A stretch of DNA of 64,000 nt, taken from Cenarchaeum sp. GTDB lineage: Archaea > Thermoproteota > Nitrososphaeria > Nitrososphaerales > Nitrosopumilaceae. The translations under genes and the position numbers were made by a program. How positions within the stretch are numbered: position 1 is the first letter of the stretch; each line of letters starts with the position of its first letter. This document shows positions 56,479 to 64,000 of the stretch, piece by piece. The notes beneath the pieces are model-generated. The model ran no database searches. It saw only the letters and a list, made by a program, of their open reading frames with translations, and had not been told where the DNA came from. The stretch spans positions 1,248,001 to 1,312,000 of the forward strand of contig OZ243037.1 in the NCBI GenBank assembly GCA_965212015.1. The letters are read 5' to 3'.

Positions 56479-57957
56479 ATGAACGCAAGGGCGGTCCTCA
56501 TCGTGGCTGCAATATCCGCAGCATTCGTCGGAATGGCCGCCATTCCAGTCCTCTCAGATCAGTTCGCCGACGCCGGATCCACCAGAAAAGTCCACTTTAC
56601 CCAGACCATTGCCTCGTCGCAGGATCCCGGACAGGGATACGGGGACCAACAGCTAGTGGTGGTCCTCTCGCCGAATGCGGGAACCATCTATGACGGATCC
56701 CTGACATATGCCGCAAGCGATGCGGTGCAAATCGTGGTGCTACACGAGATTGCCGCCCGGCAGTCGCAGGGACAGCCGACCTGGAGCGTCGACGGCGAGA
56801 CGCACTATGCAATGTCGCTAATCGAGCCTGGCACCGGCTCTGGCTCGTTTGAATTTACCGGCGCCGCCCTCGCACTGCGGGCCGGGGAGGGATTTACCGC
56901 CACAGTCAGCGTCGACGGGTGGATAAGGGGGCAGCCGACCGAGGTTATACTGCAGACCCTCGAGATCAACGAGGACGCAGCCCCGCTAAAGCTGTTCAGG
57001 TCCAGCGTTCCTGCGACCATCCCGCTGAACACGGGGCTCTATAACGGCGAGGAGCTTGCATACATTGTCACCGATGCCAGCACGCAGGAGCATGCCGAGC
57101 TGATAACTGAAAAGCTGGGGCGCACCGTGGGGCTATCTGAGCTTCTCTCCAACGTGACGGGATCGCCTGCAAGCGTCTACATGTTCACAGACGGCATCGC
57201 CGACGACGGAATACGCGGATACCAGCACGAGGTCTTTTCGGACACGCCGGCACAGGACCGGTATACCGCCCTGAGATCCGTAATCGACGTGGAATGGAAG
57301 GCCGGACAAAACCCCGAAATCCTGGACTCTGAGGAAAAGATCCTCGAGGCAAAAAAGGCGGGAAGGATAACCCTCGAGGAGACAGACGTAATACTCAACA
57401 TGCCGCAGATAAAGTGGCCAGAAGGCCAAATGTCCGTCAGGGACAACTCTACTGCGATTGACGAGACGCCGTATGAAACGGCGCAGATAATGGAGATAAA
57501 CGAAGAAGAGATGACCGTCACGTTCATTGCGCACAGGGGATGGGGATCAGACGGCGGCACCATATACCACATAATCGCCGACGCCACACCGGCAGGTCCC
57601 GCAGAAATGATGGGGGTGACAGACGCCCCGACACTGGCAGATATTGCCGGCGACTCGTCGGCTGACGTGTTTCATTTCGGCGACGGCATAGCCGGCCCCG
57701 GCCCGCTTGGATTCCAGCCGGTGATTGTGTCTGTAGGTTCCGAAGGCGAGAACTATAGCCCCATATGGAGGGTATCTGTCGTCGAATGGAACGATCCCGA
57801 GCAGGCATCGCTCCTGACAACCACGGCCGACATTGACGCCCTTGATTCTGAGGAGCTAATCACCATATCTGAGGCCCGCCCGCTCAACAACATACACCTG
57901 ATCAACTCGCCCATAGTCGATCCCTTTGAGATGCCAGCAGAGGAACTCAAAGAATAA
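56479..57957 (+). CDS. secreted hypothetical protein with two internal repeat domains
   Basis: Signal peptide; repeated Y(I)..DA(S/T)...F.DGI...G..G(Y/F)Q....Y(T/S).(L/I)..V..VEW...N.P units. Confidence 0.7.
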   Translation: MNARAVLIVAAISAAFVGMAAIPVLSDQFADAGSTRKVHFTQTIASSQDPGQGYGDQQLVVVLSPNAGTIYDGSLTYAASDAVQIVVLHEIAARQSQGQPTWSVDGETHYAMSLIEPGTGSGSFEFTGAALALRAGEGFTATVSVDGWIRGQPTEVILQTLEINEDAAPLKLFRSSVPATIPLNTGLYNGEELAYIVTDASTQEHAELITEKLGRTVGLSELLSNVTGSPASVYMFTDGIADDGIRGYQHEVFSDTPAQDRYTALRSVIDVEWKAGQNPEILDSEEKILEAKKAGRITLEETDVILNMPQIKWPEGQMSVRDNSTAIDETPYETAQIMEINEEEMTVTFIAHRGWGSDGGTIYHIIADATPAGPAEMMGVTDAPTLADIAGDSSADVFHFGDGIAGPGPLGFQPVIVSVGSEGENYSPIWRVSVVEWNDPEQASLLTTTADIDALDSEELITISEARPLNNIHLINSPIVDPFEMPAEELKE

Positions 57958-57984
57958 AATAACTGTGCCGCTGCCACCTGTCTG

Positions 57985-58779
57985 TTGGAAGGCAAGCTCT
58001 TCATCGTGGGCGTCGGCCCCGGACACCACGATCACATGACATTTCGCGCCAAACAGGCAATTACCCAGAGCGATACCATAGTGGGCTATGAGACATACGT
58101 CAACCTGGTCCAGGATCTGATATCCGGAAAGGACGTCTACAGGTATGCCATGACCCAGGAAGTCGAGCGTGCGCACCAGTGTATAGACCTGGCAAAATCC
58201 GGCAAGACAGTCTCCCTGGTCTCAAGCGGGGATCCTGGAATATACGGCATGGCCGGCCTGATCTACGAGACGCTAGCAGAGCAGGGCTGGGAGCCGCAGT
58301 CGGGCCTGCCAGTGGAGATAATTCCCGGCGTCTCTGCGCTAAACTCTTGCGCGTCAATCATCGGATCCCCGCTGATGACTGACTTTGCCGTGGTAAGCAT
58401 GAGCGATCTCTTGGTTCCCTGGGAGATCATAGTCAAGAGGGTGGAGGCTGCGGCGCGCGGGGATTTCGTAATAGTGATATACAATCCCTCCAGCAAAAAG
58501 CGGATTCACCAGCTGCAAGACACCAGGGGGATTCTGCTCAAGTACAGGGGTCCTGCGACGCCGGTTGCCATCATCAAGGGCGCCTTTAGGGACTCGCAGT
58601 CAGTCATACTCACAGATCTGGGGCACATGGAGGAGCACGCAGACAAGCTTGGAATGATCAGCACCGTCATTGTCGGAAACTCTTCTACGTACAACTATAA
58701 GGATCTCATGATCAACCCGCGCGGCTACAAGTCAAAATACAACCTTTCTGGGCAGACAAACCCGGATCTCAAGGTCTAG
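57985..58779 (+). CDS. cbiH: precorrin-3B C17-methyltransferase
   Basis: VGVGPG, SSGDPGIYGMAG, SDLLVPWE, YNP.SKKR, INPRGY. Confidence 0.93.
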   Translation: MEGKLFIVGVGPGHHDHMTFRAKQAITQSDTIVGYETYVNLVQDLISGKDVYRYAMTQEVERAHQCIDLAKSGKTVSLVSSGDPGIYGMAGLIYETLAEQGWEPQSGLPVEIIPGVSALNSCASIIGSPLMTDFAVVSMSDLLVPWEIIVKRVEAAARGDFVIVIYNPSSKKRIHQLQDTRGILLKYRGPATPVAIIKGAFRDSQSVILTDLGHMEEHADKLGMISTVIVGNSSTYNYKDLMINPRGYKSKYNLSGQTNPDLKV

Positions 58780-59813
58780 GTCTCCCCCGTTATTATCCCT
58801 GTTACCTCCTCGCTTATGGCGACCCTGTCTGCTATGCCGGTAACGATGGGAATCAGGTATTCTGCCACGGTTCTTTTCAGGTCAGAGGGGTGCAGCTGGC
58901 CGCTCTTAAATGACTCCTTTAGCTCCTCATAGCTCCCAAAACTCACGTTTCCGCCGAATTTTTCTGGCCTCTCCACTGTCATCTCGCTGTTTTCGTGAAA
59001 TATGATCTGCCTTGAAATCTCTAGCGGCGGGTTGTTTGAAACGTCGCCCTCCTCGCACCACGCCTTGTTGATCTTTGAGCGTATCTTTTCGGCCGAGTCG
59101 TGTATGAACACGCCGGAGTTCGGATTGGACTTGCTCATCTTTGATATGGTGCCGCCCTGCGGCGCGTGCGTCAGGCCGGGCAGCAGCTTGTGGTGTACCG
59201 CCACCGGCACCTTCCAGCCCATCTTTGGAAAGTTCTCGCGCACCAGCATGTGGATTTTTCTCTGATCCATCCCCGCGTGCGCAATGTCGACGTCGAGAAA
59301 GTGAATGTCTGCTGCCTGCATTGCAGGATACAGCAGCTTTCCGAGATCGATTTTTTCCTCGCCCTCGGTCCTTCCCATTATGGTCAGCGTCCGCATGGTC
59401 CTTGCCAGCGACATGTGACTTGTAAACCTCACAAGCTCAGTCCAATAGTCCGGATGATCCTCATACAGTCCAGTGCCCGTCCTGATCGCAGCCTTGGGGC
59501 AGACTATGCGAAACGCGTCCTCGTAGTACTTGGAGACCTTTGTGATCTTTTCAATGTCCCCCCCGAGCTTGTCGTTAATCATCGTGTGCCAGTCGGCCAG
59601 AAACACCGTGCACTCGACGCCTGCCTTTATGAAATCGTTTATCTTGTATCCCGTGCTAATCAGGCTTCCCAGGTGGAGAAAGCCGGAGATCTCCAGTCCA
59701 ATGTAGTGCTTTGGCCTGGAATTAGTCCTGAACAGATCCGCAAGATCCCCCTCCGTGACTATCTCCTCTGTGGGCGGTTTTTTTACCAGTGCAACCTTTT
59801 CGTCGATATCCAA
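58776..59813 (-). CDS. tyrS: tyrosine--tRNA ligase
   Basis: YIGLEISG.LHLG (HIGH), YPAMQAAD, GMDQRK, KMSKS. Confidence 0.95.
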   Translation of the reverse strand: MDIDEKVALVKKPPTEEIVTEGDLADLFRTNSRPKHYIGLEISGFLHLGSLISTGYKINDFIKAGVECTVFLADWHTMINDKLGGDIEKITKVSKYYEDAFRIVCPKAAIRTGTGLYEDHPDYWTELVRFTSHMSLARTMRTLTIMGRTEGEEKIDLGKLLYPAMQAADIHFLDVDIAHAGMDQRKIHMLVRENFPKMGWKVPVAVHHKLLPGLTHAPQGGTISKMSKSNPNSGVFIHDSAEKIRSKINKAWCEEGDVSNNPPLEISRQIIFHENSEMTVERPEKFGGNVSFGSYEELKESFKSGQLHPSDLKRTVAEYLIPIVTGIADRVAISEEVTGIITGET

Positions 59814-59907
59814 ATCAAACCGGCTATGCTGCAAAACCCTATAAACTGTTAGTTTGAGCTATGCCAAAACAGCTACTTTGAAATACCATATTTGCATCCT
59901 GTCTGGC

Positions 59908-60141
59908 ATGACGGTTGCATACGTCCTGATAAAGTGTGATCTTGGCGCAGAAGAGAAGATCATCGAGAACCTAAGAAAGATGGACGAGGTCCTGTTTGTC
60001 GATGAAACCTACGGGGCATACGACATTATTGCCAAAGTCGAGGCATCGAACATTGAAAAGCTCCGCGAGATACTCACGTGGAACATACAAAAGATGGACA
60101 AAATCAGATCCACCCTGACTGTCAACAGGAAGGAGCACTAG
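59908..60141 (+). CDS. stand-alone Lrp/AsnC ligand-binding domain protein
   Basis: AYVLIKCDLG, TYGAYDIIAKV, IRSTLT. Confidence 0.85.
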   Translation: MTVAYVLIKCDLGAEEKIIENLRKMDEVLFVDETYGAYDIIAKVEASNIEKLREILTWNIQKMDKIRSTLTVNRKEH

Positions 60142-60698
60142 TCAAGTCTCTTTCTGGGCCTCGTACTGAGATAAAACGCGTGCGCGCTAATCAGAAACCC
60201 GGACAGGAATATCTTTGTCGCAAATATGAGGTTCCACGGCCGGCCCGTATCCGGGTATGCCACGTACAGCGTGTCTATGTCCGGAACCGCCCCGTCAATT
60301 ATCCCCGCGGCAATCTGCGCGTTGAGCACCGTAAAGTTCCATAGCACCTCGTACAGGCAGATGATTGCAAAACCCAGCAGCATCAGCTGAAGCAGCGGCA
60401 TCCGTATCCCGGAAATCTTGTCGCCGGCGGTCCTCCTCCACCCTATTCTGGACACGCAGTACCAGCTGATTATCGTCGAGAAAAACAGCCATGTTGAAAG
60501 CCTGGCAAAGTTTTCAAACGGAATGACGGTGGTGTTTAGAATCTCGCCCATCACATAGGTGCCGTTTTTTTGCCACTCCTCGTACATCATGAGTGCCCCA
60601 TAGGCCGCAATTGACACCATCATAAAGCTGGCGACGTAAAAGATATAGAGAAACATCCGGTAGCTCCTGTCGTGTTCCTGTAGGTGGTCGGATTCCAT
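60138..60698 (-). CDS. 4-TM hypothetical membrane protein
   Basis: Four hydrophobic helices; YEVLWNF and PWNLIFATK motifs. Start trimmed to ATG 60698. Confidence 0.7.
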   Translation of the reverse strand: MESDHLQEHDRSYRMFLYIFYVASFMMVSIAAYGALMMYEEWQKNGTYVMGEILNTTVIPFENFARLSTWLFFSTIISWYCVSRIGWRRTAGDKISGIRMPLLQLMLLGFAIICLYEVLWNFTVLNAQIAAGIIDGAVPDIDTLYVAYPDTGRPWNLIFATKIFLSGFLISAHAFYLSTRPRKRLD

Positions 60699-60794
60699 TT
60701 GCGCTTTGGCATTATTCGGAATATAAAAATTCACTGCGTCTGACCATACGTCTTTTGCCAATACACCCAAATGCCGCCGCACCCGTGTCCGGAT

Positions 60795-61289
60795 ATGGCA
60801 GAAACCATCCGCAACGCAGGCCCGCTGGAGCGCATTCTCGGCGAGATCTGCAAGGCGGTGCTGCCCGTGCCCGAAGAGACGTTCCTTGGAAACGAGGACT
60901 CGTCCACGGCAGTATGCACCCTCTCCAGCATACGCCTTTTGAGGGAGATCTCGCAGAATAACCTGGACTGCGTGGCCATAGTGGGACGCCTCTTTTCTGA
61001 GAATGCGGGCATTGACATGCTGGTGCGGTTTGTAAACTCGCACAAAAACATCCGGACCGTAATCCTGTGCGGGGAGGATGCGCGCGGACACAGGCCAGGC
61101 GAATCGCTGCTGGCGCTATACAAGAACGGAATCGACGCCGACGGGAGGATAGTCTCCTCGCACAGTCCACACCCGTTTCTCCAGGTAGGCAGCGGGGAGG
61201 TAGGGCGCTTCCAAAGCCAGGTATCCATTATAGACAGGATAGGCGAGACTGATCCGTCAGTAATCATCGCGCTGATAGACCGTCAATAG
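60795..61289 (+). CDS. stand-alone MtrA-like (corrinoid-binding) protein
   Basis: GN..S..AVCTLSS, AIVG....EN.GI, NIR.VILCG....GH..GESL.AL..NG, GRIV...PFL, RFQ.QV.IID.IG; no TM anchor. Confidence 0.8.
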   Translation: MAETIRNAGPLERILGEICKAVLPVPEETFLGNEDSSTAVCTLSSIRLLREISQNNLDCVAIVGRLFSENAGIDMLVRFVNSHKNIRTVILCGEDARGHRPGESLLALYKNGIDADGRIVSSHSPHPFLQVGSGEVGRFQSQVSIIDRIGETDPSVIIALIDRQ

Positions 61290-61630
61290 CCGTTTTTCTG
61301 CCTCTGCCGGTTTATCTCGTTTTTTCTCTTGTATTCGTCCAGGATGTCGTCGGGGGTGAGGCCGAGCTCGAGGGATGCCTGCACCACAAAATGCCAGACG
61401 TCGATTAGCTCCTCGCGCGCATGTGCCTCATCGACTGGCACCGGCTTTTTCCACCACTTCCAGTTCGTGGCGTCTTGCAGCTCGGCTGCCTCGTGAATGA
61501 TTGCAGTGCACAGCGACGAGACTCTCTCCATTCTGTCTGCCGGATACCTTGAAAGATCCATCATGCCCGCAAGACCCTTTTGTAGATCAAAGATCAAACC
61601 CATCCTGTCTTTTTCCCCATCCTGTGTCAA
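61283..61630 (-). CDS. dimeric (all-alpha) dUTPase
   Basis: EAAEL...WKWWK, EELIDVWHF, KNEINRQRQKNGY. Start uncertain. Confidence 0.88.
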   Translation of the reverse strand: MTQDGEKDRMGLIFDLQKGLAGMMDLSRYPADRMERVSSLCTAIIHEAAELQDATNWKWWKKPVPVDEAHAREELIDVWHFVVQASLELGLTPDDILDEYKRKNEINRQRQKNGY

Positions 61631-61692
61631 GCTATGAATCAGCGGCGGAAATATCAATTAAGTCTTTGTGGATCGCATCGGGGGCGCCCGGT

Positions 61693-62586
61693 CTAGAACC
61701 TGACCATTTTCTCGTACTGCCTCATCCTTTTCGAGATGTCTGATTTTTTTACGCGCAACAGTCCGGCAAGCCCGAATCCCTCCACTGCAAACGAACCCAT
61801 GACATTCCCATAAACCGCCGATCTTTTGATCGACGAAAAACTAGCAGAGTTTCTGCTTGCCAGATACCCGATCATGGCACCCGCAAAAGAGTCGCCCGCC
61901 CCGGTGGGATCCACCACGTCCTCCAGCGAAAAACCAGGCGACGGAAACACCACGTCATCGCAGAACATGAGCGATCCGTGCTCGCCCTTTTTGATTATCA
62001 CGTACGCAGGACCCCAGCCCATTATCTTTTTTGCACATTTGACGAGATTGTGCTCCTTTGTGAGAAGCATTGCCTCCTCGTCGTTGATTACGACGGCATC
62101 CACGGATTTGATCATTTTTCTTACCGCCAGCGGCTTTGTGGAAATCCAAAAGTCTATCGTGTCACACATTGAAAATTTTACGCACTCAAACTCTTTTAGA
62201 ATAGAGACATTCTGTTCTGGATCATTGTTTGCCAGATATACGAACCTTGATTTCCTGTGCTCTTCGGGGACCACCGGCTTGAATCCCGCCAGTACGTTGA
62301 GCTCCGTTCCCAGGGTCTCCCTCGTGCTCAACGTGGCGTCATACCTTCCGTCATAGCGAAACGTCTTGCCCCTCCTGACTGCCAGCCCGCGCAGATCCAA
62401 ATATTCTGAGAGCGTCTTGCGGTATTTGTCCGGAAAGTCGCTTCCCACTACTGCAATCAGGCCCGTCCTTGTGAAAAAGCTTGCCGATATCCCCGCAAAC
62501 GTGCCGGCGCCGCCGAGTGCGTTCCTTAAAACCCTCCCTGGCGTTCTAATCGTGTCCAGCGCAGTAGAGCCAAAAACCGTAAGCAT
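61693..62586 (-). CDS. PfkB/ribokinase-family kinase
   Basis: LGGAG, INDEEA, KKGEHG, DPTGAGDSFAG. Confidence 0.93.
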   Translation of the reverse strand: MLTVFGSTALDTIRTPGRVLRNALGGAGTFAGISASFFTRTGLIAVVGSDFPDKYRKTLSEYLDLRGLAVRRGKTFRYDGRYDATLSTRETLGTELNVLAGFKPVVPEEHRKSRFVYLANNDPEQNVSILKEFECVKFSMCDTIDFWISTKPLAVRKMIKSVDAVVINDEEAMLLTKEHNLVKCAKKIMGWGPAYVIIKKGEHGSLMFCDDVVFPSPGFSLEDVVDPTGAGDSFAGAMIGYLASRNSASFSSIKRSAVYGNVMGSFAVEGFGLAGLLRVKKSDISKRMRQYEKMVRF

Positions 62587-62597
62587 GGGTTGGGAAT

Positions 62598-63050
62598 CTA
62601 GTTCTGATGTATAAATGCCCTTGCCTGATCCTCTGTAGGATAGTACACGAACGGAACATCGATCGACGCAAACAGCATGTTGTATTTTGTAGTCCCGTCT
62701 ATTTTTATCTGCGGTGCGCTGCCATAGCCGGTCTCTGAGTTTATCACGAATGTCCCGTCCACCACGGTCTTGCCGATGGCAGAAAGAACGAACGGCTCTA
62801 GCGTGCCGTCACCGATTTTTTGCCCGTCGGCGGTAAGCGTAAACTCTGTCTCGCCGGCAGTCAGGATCAGCAGCGACGGATTGTCAAACTCTAGCTCCAG
62901 ATCGTGGAGCGAGCCCCCCTCGGCCTCTCCTAGCAGCCTGCTGTCGGTAATTACCACCCCTATCTGCGTGGCAAAGACGTACTGCGAATATCCAAAGGCG
63001 CCCAGTCCGATGATCAGGCCCGCTATGGCTATCTTTCTTGAGGGCTTCAT
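62598..63050 (-). CDS. LEA_2/WHy-like membrane-anchored protein
   Basis: N-terminal TM; FDNPS motif; beta-sandwich pattern. Confidence 0.6.
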   Translation of the reverse strand: MKPSRKIAIAGLIIGLGAFGYSQYVFATQIGVVITDSRLLGEAEGGSLHDLELEFDNPSLLILTAGETEFTLTADGQKIGDGTLEPFVLSAIGKTVVDGTFVINSETGYGSAPQIKIDGTTKYNMLFASIDVPFVYYPTEDQARAFIHQN

Positions 63051-63167
63051 GCCTGACTGTCACACTCTTGTTTTTTTAACACAAGGGGGAAAAAAATCAG
63101 ATAACATGTGTAAAAATTTTGATATACTTTTGAATCTCATTTAAGCTACCCAAATAAATCAAATCGG

Positions 63168-63653
63168 GTGCAATATGTACAGTTGGCAAGAATCAGGATA
63201 AAGACAGGCGAGGACGAAATCGAGATCGATTCGAGGGATTTCTATCTGGACAACCATACCGTGGATCAAATCATCCACGACCTGGTAAAGACCATGCAGG
63301 AGGCCAAGATCAGCATGCTTGATGCGTACGAGACAGAGTCGGCCAGGCCGGATACCGGGGCACTAGACGGACTGGAGGATGCAGAGACCTTTGAGCCCGA
63401 ATTCACCGAGCCGGGCCCGGTGCGCCTGCCGCAGATCCGGGAAAAACTGCAGGTTTTGGAGACAAAGTCGTTTTTTGACACGCCCAGGACCGTCTCGGAG
63501 ACCGTCGAGCAGCTAAGGGAGCACGGGTGGGCGGCCAGTCCGCTTGACGTATCGAAGGTACTAGCCAAGATGGCCTTTAGCCGGGAGATACTCAAAAACT
63601 CCCGCGAGCACAGGAGCTTTTATTTCGCCAAAGAGGCGCTGCTCTCTAACTAG
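63168..63653 (+). CDS. hypothetical protein with C-terminal winged-helix-like domain
   Basis: RIRIK.G..EIEI N-terminal domain; FFDTPRTVSE..EQL...G...DVS..L C-terminal domain. Start uncertain. Confidence 0.7.
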   Translation: MQYVQLARIRIKTGEDEIEIDSRDFYLDNHTVDQIIHDLVKTMQEAKISMLDAYETESARPDTGALDGLEDAETFEPEFTEPGPVRLPQIREKLQVLETKSFFDTPRTVSETVEQLREHGWAASPLDVSKVLAKMAFSREILKNSREHRSFYFAKEALLSN

Positions 63654-63831
63654 GATAGCCGCACGCATCACAGGCATCAAACATCGTCCCCTCCAGGTGG
63701 TCAAAGTGGGCATTGCACCCCCTGCAGGTATGGTGCATGTCAAAGTATCCGTCCTCCTCCCTGCCAGTCTGCCTTGACTCCAGATCGGTGCCGCCGCATT
63801 TCATGCAGTGGCAGCCGCAGTCCGTCCTCAC
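63646..63831 (-). CDS. small Cys/His-rich zinc-finger protein
   Basis: CGCHCMKC, HHTCRGC, CDAC. Confidence 0.7.
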   Translation of the reverse strand: MRTDCGCHCMKCGGTDLESRQTGREEDGYFDMHHTCRGCNAHFDHLEGTMFDACDACGYPS

Positions 63832-63880
63832 GCCGATTCCCGCTCATAATCTATTATAGTTGTATTGACCGAGAAAAGGC

Positions 63881-64000
63881 ATGGAGAAAAAACGGGTCGT
63901 CCCCGAGGAGATCGACGATCACTTTCGGCTGTTTGGCAAGGAGCCGTGGGAGGTTGATTACGGGGAAAAGTGCCCGCTCTGCGATACGAGAATTGACGAG
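63881..64000 (+). CDS. small hypothetical protein, partial (runs off the window end)
   Basis: MEKKRVVPEEIDDHFRLFGKEPWEVDYGEKCPLCDTRIDE..., with a CxxC. Confidence 0.65.
   Translation, partial: MEKKRVVPEEIDDHFRLFGKEPWEVDYGEKCPLCDTRIDE

Overview
This window is archaeal chromosomal DNA, most consistent with a Nitrosopumilaceae (Nitrososphaerota/Thaumarchaeota) genome. It looks more GC-rich by eye than free-living Nitrosopumilus. It is mostly core genome and spans the probable replication origin: ORB-like repeats at about 32385-32662 upstream of cdc6/orc1, with PolD DP1, PolD DP2, GINS and PCNA in the same window. It also carries two TFB paralogues, two glutamine synthetases, thermosome, glyA, GGGP synthase, an RNA-processing cluster (rnz, sirtuin, thpR, a frameshifted cca), tRNA-Pro(GGG), an hsp20-cdc48 operon, cbiE, cbiH, tyrS, aspartokinase and many lineage-specific small or secreted proteins. 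I found no CRISPR array, transposase or integrase. The most interesting signals are: (1) an origin-flanking cluster of four putative DNA-binding genes, including a membrane-anchored winged-helix protein whose gene and surroundings are rich in a (TC)ACGCCT(A) motif also found in the ORB repeats (candidate origin-tethering/segregation system); (2) a KamA-like aminomutase co-oriented with a second glutamine synthetase and divergent from an unusual MscS (candidate beta-amino-acid osmolyte module); (3) a perfect 22-bp palindrome in the hsp20 promoter opposite an ACT-domain gene; (4) a stand-alone MtrA-like cobamide-binding protein; and (5) several microproteins missing from the ORF track. All calls come from motif recognition by eye; no searches were run.
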